A DNA stretch of 33,992 bases from an uncultured virus (IMG/VR IMGVR_UViG_3300038334_000112) (IMGVR_UViG_3300038334_000112), one strand, 5' to 3'. Numbered from the stretch's first letter, positions 1-9,437 are shown. The notes: generated by a model from the sequence alone, not told the origin. Numbers and translations: made by a program.

Positions 1-880
1 GCGTCAGGCCGGGGATCGTGTAGCTGTAGGTCTGCGGCTGCCCATAGGGCACCTTGGAATTGCGCGTCACCTTGTTCTTGCTTTTCGTCGCCCTGGCGGT
101 GACCGAGAACGCCTTCTTCTGCTTGGCGTTCCAGCTTTTCACGATGACGATCACGTCCTTCGCGATGGTCAGGTTCCGCGAAAAGCGGATGCGCTCCACG
201 TTGGCCGTGGGCGATGCGCACTCTGGGGTCGGGGCCTGCCACTTGATGATGTATTTGTCGCCCTTTTCGGGGTCGAGCTGAGGGACGAAGTTGAGCACGG
301 TGCCTGTGACGAACACGCTGTACTGGCACATCCGCGCCAGCCAGACGAGCAGATCCCACTCGGTCCGCTCGTCGGCCATCGTGGCGTGGTCGATTTGGTA
401 GTACGTGCCCGCCAGGGCCTTGGTGGGCACCGTGTTGCAGGTCATGTTGTGCCGGGCAGCCAGTATCTGCGCGATCTGAGAGGCCGTCTTGTTGGCGAAC
501 TTCTCCGTGGTCTTCGCGTCGATGAACTGGCTCGTGTAGTCGCGTCCGGAGAGCTCTATCACGTTCTTGGCCGGGTCGAAGGTCATGTCGTCGGCGCGCC
601 CGATGATGAAGCTCGTCAGTTCGCTCGCGTCATAGGCCCTCGGGTCGGCCGGAAACCCGGCCAGCAGCTCCACGGTCAAGTCGGCCTGCGCGGTCAGCCA
701 TGCCGCGTTTTTGGCGATGGGCAGCGCAGCCGCGGCGAAGGTCACGCGCCAGGTGTCGGCCTGATAGTGGGCGTTGTTGTCGACTTCCCACTCCACCCAC
801 CCGGTGATGGGCTGGCCGTTGAGCTTGACCATGCCCCGGGGGAGCCGGACGGCGGAAAGTGCCGGGACGTGATTCAGCAT
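1..880 (-). CDS. Baseplate hub / late control D-like (P2 gpD, Mu gp44-like) protein, truncated by the window edge
   Basis: Not in the ORF track. Read manually from ATG at 880: MLNHVPALSAVRLPRGMVKLNGQPITGWVEWEVDNNAHYQADTWRV...ELSGRDYTSQFIDAKTTEKF...TEWDLLVWLAR, open to position 1. Lies downstream of tape measure and tube initiator. Confidence 0.75.
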   Translation of the reverse strand, partial: MLNHVPALSAVRLPRGMVKLNGQPITGWVEWEVDNNAHYQADTWRVTFAAAALPIAKNAAWLTAQADLTVELLAGFPADPRAYDASELTSFIIGRADDMTFDPAKNVIELSGRDYTSQFIDAKTTEKFANKTASQIAQILAARHNMTCNTVPTKALAGTYYQIDHATMADERTEWDLLVWLARMCQYSVFVTGTVLNFVPQLDPEKGDKYIIKWQAPTPECASPTANVERIRFSRNLTIAKDVIVIVKSWNAKQKKAFSVTARATKSKNKVTRNSKVPYGQPQTYSYTIPGLT

Positions 881-888
881 GGGGGCCC

Positions 889-1860
889 CTACTGCGGAAC
901 GCCGCCAGTCGTGTCAGGCTGGGGCGGGATAGTGAGTGTCTTGGTGCCCTGAATAAAAGGGTCCGTCGTGTTGTTGGCCTTGGCGATGCCGGTCCAGCCG
1001 TTCTGATCGCCGTATTGCTTCTGCGCGATGCTGAACATGTTCCCCCCGGCCACGGTCTGCGTGTTGCCGGGGGTGTTGATGGCGCCGATGTTCCCGTTCA
1101 TGCGGCCGGTCACGGCGAGCAGGTTCTGCAGCGCGCCGAGCTTGGCGGTCCCCGTGATCTGGCTGCTCAGCTTGGACGCTGCGACCGACACCTTGTTTCC
1201 GGGGAGCACCCCGCCGAAGGTCGTCACGTTGCCCATGGCATTCGTCGTGGATGCAATCAGGAGCTTCACCCTGGCCTGCACAGCGGCGATGGGCTGTAAG
1301 ACACTCTGAATCGTGCTCTGCGCTGCCCGGGCGAAGGTGCTCACGTTCTTGATGGCCGAGTCGAGCGTGTTCAGGAGCCCCGAAAGCGTGCAGTCTGCGA
1401 TGGTGTCGCCGCTGGCCTGGGCCGCGGCGAGGTCGTCTGCGATGGCCTGGTCGATGGGCGGCATCGCGATCCGCCGCAACGGCTGCACCAGGTCCTCCAC
1501 CACCTCGCAAGAGATGTGGTACGGCACCTGGTAGAACCGCTCGTAGGTGGCCGAGAATTCCTTGATGACAACCGTGTAGCGGAACTCTCCCCAGGTAAGC
1601 AGCAGGTCGTTGCCAGCCACCCGCAGGCCGTCAAGATAGCGGGCGCGCTGCACCGCCGTGGGGCCCTGGAAGAGCCCGGACCACTCCAAGGGCTTCTCGG
1701 ACCGGCCCAGGCAGTCGATGACGCGCGTTCCGCCGATCATCTCGTGCTTGGCCATGTGCTGGGAGCCCCCGAACTGAATGCTCGGCGGGATCTCCATGCC
1801 CGAGAACTCGAAGCGGCCGAACTCGAATTGACCGATCGAGAGGATGGTGTCTCGTTTCAT
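889..1860 (-). CDS. Tail tube initiator-like protein (GpU-like N-terminus, LysM-like C-terminus)
   Basis: Follows the tape measure. N-terminal IQFGGSQHMAKHEMIGGTRVIDCLG...LEWSG; C-terminal GNMFSIAQKQYGDQNGWTGIAKANN...TLTIP resembles LysM/gpX. Confidence 0.7.
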   Translation of the reverse strand: MKRDTILSIGQFEFGRFEFSGMEIPPSIQFGGSQHMAKHEMIGGTRVIDCLGRSEKPLEWSGLFQGPTAVQRARYLDGLRVAGNDLLLTWGEFRYTVVIKEFSATYERFYQVPYHISCEVVEDLVQPLRRIAMPPIDQAIADDLAAAQASGDTIADCTLSGLLNTLDSAIKNVSTFARAAQSTIQSVLQPIAAVQARVKLLIASTTNAMGNVTTFGGVLPGNKVSVAASKLSSQITGTAKLGALQNLLAVTGRMNGNIGAINTPGNTQTVAGGNMFSIAQKQYGDQNGWTGIAKANNTTDPFIQGTKTLTIPPQPDTTGGVPQ

Positions 1861-1872
1861 GACCGCACGCTC

Positions 1873-3747
1873 CTAGTCGGCATAGGCAAGCCCGACAGTC
1901 GGGAGCCCCATGGTGGTGTCGACGGCAGATCCGCCGTAGGGCTTGTGGGCCGCACGTACTTGATGATTCGTAACCGCCTCGGCCACCCTGCGTCCGTCCA
2001 GGCTGATCTTGGTCGAAACCTGGATAGGGTGAGACGCCTTGGTGGAGATGTACGGGCTGCCGCCAGAGCGCGCCGTGCCGGACTTGTCCGCCCCGCTGAA
2101 CCAGCTGCTCGGCAGGAAGGACTTGATCCACTCCCACTTCGAGCGCAGCCAGTCAGACAGGGCCCCGACGGCCGACTTGATGGTATCCCAGGCCGCCTGC
2201 AGCTTCGGGCCGACGTAGTCCCAGTTCTTCCAGAGCAGGTAGGCCGCAGCCGCGATGGCCGTGATGACCAACCCAATCGGGTTCATCAGGAGTGCCCGGC
2301 CGACGAACATGATCCCGGTGCCGATGACCCGGAGCGCCGTGCCGATCATCGGGCCCATGCCCAGGAACTTGATCAGTCCGGCCGCCATCAGCACCTTGCC
2401 CAGCACGGACAGGGCCAGGCCGAGGCCGCCAAGTCCGAAGACCAAGGCCGTGGTTGCGGTCCCATGGTTCTGCATCCACTGCGAGACGCTGTCCAAGGTG
2501 TCGGCGAACTTGATCATGTAGGGGATGAGGCGCGGAAGCACCTCGAACCCAATGCGGGCCTGAATGTTTTGCCACTGGGCCTGCAACGCCTGGTGCGCGA
2601 GCTGGGGATTCGTCTGCAGCAGCTTTTCGTAGGTCTCCTTGCTGCCGCCGCCGGTCTCGATCAGGCTCTTGTCGCGCTCGAACTGCGCAGACTTCCCGAT
2701 CAAGGTGTTGAGGAAGAATTGCGAGTTCCTGTCGCCGAACATGGCCGCCAGGACCTGTTCGCGGTTCAGATTGTGCGCGGCTCCGTACTTGGCGATAGCC
2801 GGGGCCAGCACGGTGTTCGCCCACTCGTAGGGGTTGGACTGGAAAAGCTGGACGTCCTTGACCGCACCGGGCTTCAACTGCAAGGCCCCGGTGGAGTTGC
2901 GCACCACGTCCTTGGGGCTGATGAGGCCGAGCTCTTCCCACACCGGGATGGCGGACTTCTTGATGACGCCCTGCACTAGCGCCCGGTAGGTGGTCATCAG
3001 CGCCGTGCCCGCGGTCATGGCGCCGCCGCCAGAACCGCCGCCGCTCGTCTTCACCTCCTGCATGAAGGTGGGCAGGTACTTGTAAACGAAGTCGTCGGAC
3101 AGCCCGAAAGCCGACATCTTGGCCTGCTTCAGGGTCGAGTGGAAGTCGCGGACGTCAAGAGTTCCGCCCATGGCCATCAGGGTGCGGGCCATCAGGTCGG
3201 CGTTGGACTGCATGCGCTCAGGGGTCATGATGCCGGACGTGCGCAGTTCGATGGCCTTCACCATGTCGAAGGCCACGCCGTGCTGTTCCTTGCCCGTCAG
3301 GGCCTCCAGGATGGCTTTGGTGCGCATCACCGTCGGTAGGATCGAATAGGCCTCGTGCATGTGGTCTTTGCCGAACACGGTGCGCAGCTCGCGCAGGGAG
3401 GTCAGGTTGTCGGCCGCGCTGCTGGTGATGACTTCCTTCGACGTCTTCCAGGCCGCGGCCGTGGCCTCGGCGATGTCCTTTTGGGTCATGCCGGCCGCGT
3501 TCATCAGGGACAGTTGCCGGGTGTACTCCTTGCTGGCGTCGACGGACTTCTCGAGGAACCCGAGGATGCCGCTGCCGACCTTGGACATTCCATAGCCGAC
3601 GGCCATCATCTTGAGGGCCTTGAGCTTGTCCTCGAGCTTGGTGGCCGCGCCATGGGCAGTCAGGAGGTCGGTGGCGAGGAGCTTCACGCCCTGGCTGGCA
3701 AGGTTCGCGACGCTGAGCTTGATCGCGACAGAATATGCAAAGGACAT
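1873..3747 (-). CDS. Tail tape measure protein
   Basis: 624 aa, Ala/Gly-rich helical; hydrophobic segment with NPIGLVITAIAAAAYLLWKNWD and periodic Trp; located after the tail chaperones. Confidence 0.9.
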   Translation of the reverse strand: MSFAYSVAIKLSVANLASQGVKLLATDLLTAHGAATKLEDKLKALKMMAVGYGMSKVGSGILGFLEKSVDASKEYTRQLSLMNAAGMTQKDIAEATAAAWKTSKEVITSSAADNLTSLRELRTVFGKDHMHEAYSILPTVMRTKAILEALTGKEQHGVAFDMVKAIELRTSGIMTPERMQSNADLMARTLMAMGGTLDVRDFHSTLKQAKMSAFGLSDDFVYKYLPTFMQEVKTSGGGSGGGAMTAGTALMTTYRALVQGVIKKSAIPVWEELGLISPKDVVRNSTGALQLKPGAVKDVQLFQSNPYEWANTVLAPAIAKYGAAHNLNREQVLAAMFGDRNSQFFLNTLIGKSAQFERDKSLIETGGGSKETYEKLLQTNPQLAHQALQAQWQNIQARIGFEVLPRLIPYMIKFADTLDSVSQWMQNHGTATTALVFGLGGLGLALSVLGKVLMAAGLIKFLGMGPMIGTALRVIGTGIMFVGRALLMNPIGLVITAIAAAAYLLWKNWDYVGPKLQAAWDTIKSAVGALSDWLRSKWEWIKSFLPSSWFSGADKSGTARSGGSPYISTKASHPIQVSTKISLDGRRVAEAVTNHQVRAAHKPYGGSAVDTTMGLPTVGLAYAD

Positions 3748-3771
3748 GGGCGTTCTCCTCGCCGGGAGGCT

Positions 3772-4269
3772 TTATTCCGGTGAGCCTTCGATGTCGTAGC
3801 CCAGGCTCGGGTGTATGGGGTCGCCGCCGACGAATCCGGAAACGGCCGCATTGCCGATGAGCTTCTGCACCTTGGCCAGCTTCTTGTAGAGCGCAGTCCC
3901 GAACACGGGGCGCGGCGGGATTCTGGCCGTCCCGAACTCGTGGTAGACCATCTTCGGGTCGGTCGAACCGACCGTGGCCTCCCAGCCCTCGGTCTCGTGG
4001 GTGATGCTGTCGCGCATCGCGCCCGTGGCCAAGAGCGGGGAGTCCGGCGGGTAGCCCTTGGCGGCCTTGCGAGCCTCAGTGCTCTCGGCCAGGGGGGCCC
4101 AGGAGTCAAAGGGGCCGATGGCCTCTTGGTAGTGGCCGATCTCTTCCTTTGCGGTCTCCTCAAGCAACACGGCAGCGGCCTCGAGGCCCTTCTTCACATG
4201 GATCAGGCCGCCCACGGTCTCTTGCATGAGGTGGTGGGCAAGGTCCGCCATGCTGTCGAATTCCATCAT
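3772..4269 (-). CDS. HK97 gp10 / Mu gpG-like virion morphogenesis protein
   Basis: Motifs WAPLAEST, PLLATGAMRDSI and HEFGTARIPPRPV. Confidence 0.75.
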   Translation of the reverse strand: MMEFDSMADLAHHLMQETVGGLIHVKKGLEAAAVLLEETAKEEIGHYQEAIGPFDSWAPLAESTEARKAAKGYPPDSPLLATGAMRDSITHETEGWEATVGSTDPKMVYHEFGTARIPPRPVFGTALYKKLAKVQKLIGNAAVSGFVGGDPIHPSLGYDIEGSPE

Positions 4270-4461
4270 CACTCGGCCCTCTCCTCGAACTGCATGCTGT
4301 TCCAGTTGAAGCGCGCCCCCTCCATTTCGCAGAAGGCGATGCAGAAGCCCGCGCGGGTTTCGTCATCGAGTTGGAACGCCAGGTCAAAGGGAACGCCGTG
4401 CTGCACCAGGAGCAGGGCCTCGCGGATGGGCTCCGAAGTGGCTATCCCTCGGATTTTTTTT
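4269..4461 (-). CDS. -1 frame extension of the tail assembly chaperone (gpGT-like)
   Basis: The -1 frame opens exactly at the A9 run (preceded by TAA) and reads KKIRGIATSEPIREALLLVQHGVPFDLAFQLDDETRAGFCIAFCEMEGARFNWNSMQFEERAE*. Its TGA overlaps the next ATG. Confidence 0.8.
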
Positions 4462-4810
4462 TAGAGGCCGCGGGGTCGGCCTGCCCGAAGTGCTCCTGCA
4501 CGCCGTTCATGACGGCCTCAATGCCGTCTTCGTCCAGGCGCTGGATCAGGGCCTCCACCTGGAGCTTGCTGGCGGGCTGCACAACGGGGTCGTCGTCGAT
4601 GGCCACGATGAAGATCAGGGGCAGCACCATGCCCATGTAGACTTCGTTCTTGGCCACGTCGCCCAGGGCCTCCACAAGGCGGAACTGGGCCAGCACGCCG
4701 GGCTTCTTGAGCTTGAAGGAACGGCCGCGCTTGTCGGTGACCAGCACGTCGGCGCTGGCGGCCTTCACGATCTGCTCGCTGGGGGTCGGATTAACAGTGA
4801 CTTTTGTCAT
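4442..4810 (-). CDS. Tail assembly chaperone (gpG-like)
   Basis: Between tube and tape measure; start MTKVTVNP with GAGG RBS; ends TCT AAA AAA AAA TCC GAG GGA TAG. Confidence 0.8.
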   Translation of the reverse strand: MTKVTVNPTPSEQIVKAASADVLVTDKRGRSFKLKKPGVLAQFRLVEALGDVAKNEVYMGMVLPLIFIVAIDDDPVVQPASKLQVEALIQRLDEDGIEAVMNGVQEHFGQADPAASKKKSEG

Positions 4811-4820
4811 GATGGTTCCT

Positions 4821-5252
4821 CTAGGCGGTCTGCTGGCGGCGCGAGGCCACGAAGCTGATCGACTGCTTGACGGTCTTGTCGCCGGAGTAGTCGCCAGCAT
4901 CGTCGAGCTTCAGCAGCACGTTGGTGTAGCGGTACTGGCTCACGGAGCCGTCCACTTCCTGGATGGTCTCGGTGATGGTGCAAGGCAACTCGTTGATGCC
5001 CATGAAGTAGTTGTCTTCGAGCTGAGCGAAGTAGTCGTCGACGTTCGAGTTCATGCGGTCGAGGCTGAAGCTGCCCGACCAGCCGTCGTAGAACCTGGCG
5101 TGACGGGTGATGCCGTCCAGGCCTTTGACCTTCTGCTCCGAGGTGTCCTGCTTGGACTTGAAGCTGGTGATCAGGCTCAGGTTGAGCGGCCCGCTCGAGG
5201 TGATGATGGTCAGAGTGACGTCTCTGCCGACAGTGAATCCGTTGACCGGCAT
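4821..5252 (-). CDS. Tail tube protein
   Basis: 143 aa beta-rich protein immediately after the sheath. Confidence 0.8.
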   Translation of the reverse strand: MPVNGFTVGRDVTLTIITSSGPLNLSLITSFKSKQDTSEQKVKGLDGITRHARFYDGWSGSFSLDRMNSNVDDYFAQLEDNYFMGINELPCTITETIQEVDGSVSQYRYTNVLLKLDDAGDYSGDKTVKQSISFVASRRQQTA

Positions 5253-5309
5253 GGTTTCCTCCAGAAAAGTGAGGGGGGCCGTGTGGGCCCCCCTTCTGGT
5301 GTTGTGCTA

Positions 5310-6854
5310 CTAGGCCGCGAACTGGGTCGCGGGCTTGGAGACCTGGACGCTCTGGCCGCCTTCCACGTTGATGAGGAAGAACTCGATGACGCTCAGGTAC
5401 TTCACCTTCACGTCGCACTGCATGTAGCCCAGGGCCACCCGCGAAGGCGGGTTGTTGGTCTTGTCCAGGACCACGCTGAACGCCGCGCCGCCGTTAGCGT
5501 CGCCGATCATGCCCTGCTGCTGCAGGTTCGACAGGAACGCGCTGATGGTGTCCTGAGCCTGCTGGCGCACGGTCGGGCTCTGCAGCTTGCCAACGAAGCC
5601 GCCCATGCCGCCGTTCAGCGTGTAGGCGATGTAGTTGGTCATGCGGGTGTAGTTGTCGCCGTGCACCATGGGGTTGCTCGACGTGTTGTGGCCGAAGCGC
5701 GCCCCGAAGTAGCTCCCGCCGGGCACCGGGTTGGTGATCAGGTCGATCCCAGCCGAGCCGAGCAGCTGGAGCTCAGCCGAGCTGTACTGCTGGTTCGCGT
5801 AGGTCTTCTGGGTGCCCACGATGCCCTGCAACTGCTTGTTGAGCGTGCTGTTCTGCGGGCTCAGGTTCGCCAGAAGGCCAGCGATGAACCCCTGCGGGCT
5901 GATCAGGCGCAGCTGGTTGTTGTAGGTGTCCAGCCAGTAGACCCAGTCGCCGAACAGGAGCTTCGCGGCGTAGCTGTCGACACCAGCGGTGCCCTTCACG
6001 GTCACGGCGTTGCTGATGGTGTCGCCGGACGGGCCGGTGAGGATCATGTAGATGCCCTCGGCCAGGCCGAAAGCGATCTGCGCAGCCCACGAGGTGCTGT
6101 CCGAGGCGTCGGCCAGCATGGCCACGCTCGCCCCGGTGTTGCGCAGAGCGTACATGCCCTTGCGCGGCACGGTGTCGACGCCCAGGAGCACCGAGGAGGT
6201 GATGGTCGAGGCCCCGTCCGTGCCGGTGGCCAGGGTGTAGGTCGTGGCAGTCGACACGGGTGCGGTGACGCCCACGCCGGCCGAGGCCACGATGAGCTGA
6301 GACGGACCGCGCAGGGCATTCGTCCCGCCGTTGATGGCCGCAGCGATGGCGACCCACAGGGCGTTTGCGGTGAGGCCAAGGCCGATGTTGTCAAAGCACT
6401 CCGGCACGAGCCCAGGGGCGGCGACGACAACCTTCTGCGTGCCACTCTGAGAGCCGGGGCCCACGGTGACGGTGATCTGGTTACCGAAGGTGCCGGTGTA
6501 CTTGCTGGTGAAGGTGATGCAGTTGGTCAGGACCGCGATCAGGGCCGCAGTGTCGGTGCCGTCGGTCACGCGCACGACGTGGAAGTTGTTGGCTCCCTGC
6601 ATGACGGCCGCGGCCAAGGCCGTGCCCATGTCATAGATCCGGGCCATGACGGGGCCGAAAATGGCCGCGTACTGCGCCAGGTTGCCGACCACCGTCGGGC
6701 TGTTCGTGGGGCCCCAGCTGGCGGTGCCGACGATGCCGAGAATGTTGGTCGGCACGCCGTTGATGTACTGGGTCTGGGGCGGGACGATCTGGACGTAAAG
6801 GTCCGGCACGACCAACGCGGTCGTGTTGATCTGGCCCTGCTGAGTCACAGGCAT
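5310..6854 (-). CDS. Contractile tail sheath protein
   Basis: 514 aa; N-terminal VVPDLYVQIVPP...GIVGTASWGP; C-terminal VVLDKTNNPPSRVALGYMQCDVKVKYLSVIEFFLI, typical of sheaths. Confidence 0.92.
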   Translation of the reverse strand: MPVTQQGQINTTALVVPDLYVQIVPPQTQYINGVPTNILGIVGTASWGPTNSPTVVGNLAQYAAIFGPVMARIYDMGTALAAAVMQGANNFHVVRVTDGTDTAALIAVLTNCITFTSKYTGTFGNQITVTVGPGSQSGTQKVVVAAPGLVPECFDNIGLGLTANALWVAIAAAINGGTNALRGPSQLIVASAGVGVTAPVSTATTYTLATGTDGASTITSSVLLGVDTVPRKGMYALRNTGASVAMLADASDSTSWAAQIAFGLAEGIYMILTGPSGDTISNAVTVKGTAGVDSYAAKLLFGDWVYWLDTYNNQLRLISPQGFIAGLLANLSPQNSTLNKQLQGIVGTQKTYANQQYSSAELQLLGSAGIDLITNPVPGGSYFGARFGHNTSSNPMVHGDNYTRMTNYIAYTLNGGMGGFVGKLQSPTVRQQAQDTISAFLSNLQQQGMIGDANGGAAFSVVLDKTNNPPSRVALGYMQCDVKVKYLSVIEFFLINVEGGQSVQVSKPATQFAA

Positions 6855-6881
6855 GGCTGGCCTCCTCTATGCGATGCGCAT

Positions 6882-6907
6882 AAAAAAGCCGCCCATGAGG
6901 CGGCTTT
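6882..6907 (-). terminator. Intrinsic terminator upstream of the sheath gene
   Basis: Minus strand AAAGCCGCC-TCATG-GGCGGCTTTTTT. Confidence 0.7.
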
Positions 6908-6935
6908 CGGCTGTTGTTGGTTGGTCGCGGAGCCG

Positions 6936-7103
6936 TCAGGACTTCGCGCGGGCCTTCGGCGCATCAGGCGCATCGGGGACATCGACCTGCACCACGTTGG
7001 CGTGGTTCTCGGAATCCTTGATCTCGGCGATCAGCGCCGGGTCGGTGATCTTGTCGCCCCTGGTGTAGGGGCCAAAGTCGTGGACAACGGTGAGTGCGAG
7101 CAT
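6936..7103 (-). CDS. Small virion-associated hypothetical protein (55 aa)
   Basis: Not in the ORF track. MLALTVVHDFGPYTRGDKITDPALIAEIKDSENHANVVQVDVPDAPDAPKARAKS*, preceded by a GAGGAG RBS. Confidence 0.7.
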   Translation of the reverse strand: MLALTVVHDFGPYTRGDKITDPALIAEIKDSENHANVVQVDVPDAPDAPKARAKS

Positions 7104-7114
7104 GGCTTTTCTCC

Positions 7115-7972
7115 TCAGTCAAAAATCGTTGCGACAGGGGTGTAAGGCTCGACGCCCGCGACGGCCGCACTGACGCCCAGCTGGGTCTGCGTGATCTGCA
7201 TGTCGTTCTCGACGAGCGTGGTGGCATACTCCACCGAATAGAGCAGGTCGCGCCGGTAGAGCCGAGCCTTCTGCTTGTCGTCGATGATGTGCGATGCCCG
7301 GTACAGCAGGCGCGCTGCCGTCTGGTCAGGCATCGTCAGAAAAGCGGTGTCCTCCAGGGCAATGTCCAGGGCCTGGGCCACAGCGTCACGGTGCGCCGGG
7401 CTGTCGGCCCACACCGTGAGCATCATGATCCGCTCTTGGCGCCGGATCTCCATAACGCTTGTGCCGGCCGCACCGACCCTGGCCGCGGTCAGCATGGCGT
7501 TGCTCGGCACGGTGATGACAGGCCCGACGCTCGATGCTCCGGGGATCAGGGCCGCAAGGCCCGTAGCGATGCTGGAGAGCGTGTTGCCCGCCTGCACGGG
7601 GTAGACGTAGGGCAGCCTGTTCACCATGGCCATGACGTTCTGCGGCGTTGCCACTGTTCCGCCGATGGTGATGGTCTGGCCAAGAATGACCGCCGTCAGC
7701 GTCTGCACTGCCTCAATGGCCGTCTGCCAGTTGCGCAGGTAGCGCGTGGTGTTGCGCTCAATGTCCGAGGCGAACACGCTGACGTGCACCTTGCCCGCAG
7801 CCAGCCCCTTGGACAGCTTGAGCAAGTCATCGTCCAGGGTCGAGGCCGTGGGCCAGCCTGCATAGACGATGGCCGGGACGCCCACACTGGACGGCGACCC
7901 GGTGCCCTGCGGGTACAAAACCTGGGCGCTCTTGGACACGAGCGCATTGAAGACGTCGGTGATGTCCGCCAT
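7115..7972 (-). CDS. Tail completion/terminator-like neck protein
   Basis: 285 aa, last neck gene before the sheath; called mainly from position. Confidence 0.55.
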   Translation of the reverse strand: MADITDVFNALVSKSAQVLYPQGTGSPSSVGVPAIVYAGWPTASTLDDDLLKLSKGLAAGKVHVSVFASDIERNTTRYLRNWQTAIEAVQTLTAVILGQTITIGGTVATPQNVMAMVNRLPYVYPVQAGNTLSSIATGLAALIPGASSVGPVITVPSNAMLTAARVGAAGTSVMEIRRQERIMMLTVWADSPAHRDAVAQALDIALEDTAFLTMPDQTAARLLYRASHIIDDKQKARLYRRDLLYSVEYATTLVENDMQITQTQLGVSAAVAGVEPYTPVATIFD

Positions 7973-7975
7973 GGC

Positions 7976-8629
7976 CTATGTCTCCGCTTGCATGGCCGTG
8001 ATGCGCCACCCCAGGTCCGTCAGTTCGGCGCTCGAGATGATGTAGCGCCTGGCCAGGTCGTCGTTGATGATGTCGCCGGTGCGCAGGGCCACCCCGCCGG
8101 GAAGAACCGGCAGCAGAATTGCCCACCAGGGAATGCGCACGTCGCCCGGCAGATCCACGGGGCTCTTTTCACCTTTGGTGCCTTGCAGGATGCTGGCCGC
8201 GAACTGAGTGACGAGCGAGGTCTCGGTCGCCGCGGTGTTTCCTCCGTAGCCGACCGCGCCAACGCCCGAGAGCTGTTGCGGCCGCAAGACATCCACTGTG
8301 CGGTTGCAGCCGACAACGAAGATCGGCAACAGGTCCTGCAAGCCAGCGATGAAAAACACAGAGCCGTCAGGCTGCACGAGGTAGTCGCCAACCGCCAGCA
8401 ACGAGCCGTCAGCCAGGCAGTACCACGTGGCCTTGCCGTACTTGTTGGGCTTGCTGTAGCTCATGTCCTCGGCGTTGAAGCTGGCCAGGAGCGTGCGCAG
8501 CAGGTTGCCCGGAGCGATGGCAGCGGACAGTGCGGCCGTGGGCCGGTACTGGCTGCACGGCAGGCCCAGGCGCTGGGCGGCCTTGGCGTAGCCGCCGTTG
8601 ATCTTCGCCTGAAGCTTGGTGCCGTCCAT
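7976..8629 (-). CDS. Head closure / neck protein
   Basis: 217 aa after the head-tail connector; C-terminal LRTGDIINDDLARRYII resembles the beta-barrel of head-tail adaptors. Confidence 0.55.
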   Translation of the reverse strand: MDGTKLQAKINGGYAKAAQRLGLPCSQYRPTAALSAAIAPGNLLRTLLASFNAEDMSYSKPNKYGKATWYCLADGSLLAVGDYLVQPDGSVFFIAGLQDLLPIFVVGCNRTVDVLRPQQLSGVGAVGYGGNTAATETSLVTQFAASILQGTKGEKSPVDLPGDVRIPWWAILLPVLPGGVALRTGDIINDDLARRYIISSAELTDLGWRITAMQAET

Positions 8630-8637
8630 GCTCGCTC

Positions 8638-9027
8638 CTACACCACGACCTGCATGCCGCCGCAGCCGAGCCCAGGACCGGGCGAGATGCCCAGGAAGGC
8701 GCAGAACTCGCGGCGGGTGCTGTCGTAGAGCTTCTTGCGGTCGCGGAACTCGTTCTTGTTGTGGGTCCAGACAGCTGCGGCGTCCGTGTCCAGGTTCTGC
8801 CGCACCCCGTTCGCCCCGAAGATGTCGGACTCCAGCGCCGTGAGGTTGGTCAGGTAGGTGCGCGAGACTGCCTCTTCGGCGGCCGAGAGCGTTTGGAGCT
8901 TGTACTCGAGCACGCCGTACTGAGTGCTGAACCGATAGCCCGACGCGGGCAGCGGTTGGCCGCCGCCAAACGCGCCGTAGCCGCAGAAGCGGCGCACGTC
9001 GGTCTTTTCCGCGTCGGTGAATGCCAT
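8638..9027 (-). CDS. Head-tail connector protein
   Basis: 129 aa helical protein starting MAFTDAEKTDVRRFCGY, two genes after the capsid. Confidence 0.6.
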   Translation of the reverse strand: MAFTDAEKTDVRRFCGYGAFGGGQPLPASGYRFSTQYGVLEYKLQTLSAAEEAVSRTYLTNLTALESDIFGANGVRQNLDTDAAAVWTHNKNEFRDRKKLYDSTRREFCAFLGISPGPGLGCGGMQVVV

Positions 9028-9030
9028 CGG

Positions 9031-9378
9031 CTACTCCAGGTGTTCGTGCTCAGCCTTGTGCAGGCCGACCAGCAGCTTGATTTCCTCGGGGTCCTCGATG
9101 ACCTGGCCAGCGGCCCACATGTGGGGCTCGTCATTCTCGTCCAAGAAGCCGAAGGGGCAGGTCAGCTTGATCTTCTTGGGCAGCTTCGGGGCCTTGGCCT
9201 TGGGCTCGGCGGGGGCCTCGGGAGCCTTGGCGGCCTCCGCAGGGTCAGCAGCTGGGGGCGCGGCCGGAGGAGCTTCAGGGGCAGCAGGGGGAGCGGCGTC
9301 ACCGGCCGGATCGGCAGGAGTGGTCGCTTCGGGGCTGGCCTTGGGCTCGGCGGGGGCAGGCGTTTTTCTGGGTGCCAT
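9031..9378 (-). CDS. Pro/Ala-rich small head-associated protein
   Basis: Low-complexity N-terminus plus small globular C-terminus; directly after the capsid gene; GGAG RBS. Confidence 0.6.
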   Translation of the reverse strand: MAPRKTPAPAEPKASPEATTPADPAGDAAPPAAPEAPPAAPPAADPAEAAKAPEAPAEPKAKAPKLPKKIKLTCPFGFLDENDEPHMWAAGQVIEDPEEIKLLVGLHKAEHEHLE

Positions 9379-9391
9379 GTGGTTCTCCATG

Positions 9392-9428
9392 AAAAAGGGA
9401 GCGAGGAAGCCGAAGCCTCCCCGCTCCC
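9392..9428 (-). terminator. Intrinsic terminator after the capsid gene
   Basis: Minus strand GGGAGCGGGGAGGC-TTCG-GCTTCCTCGCTCCC-TTTTT. Confidence 0.8.
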
Positions 9429-9437
9429 TTTAAGGGT

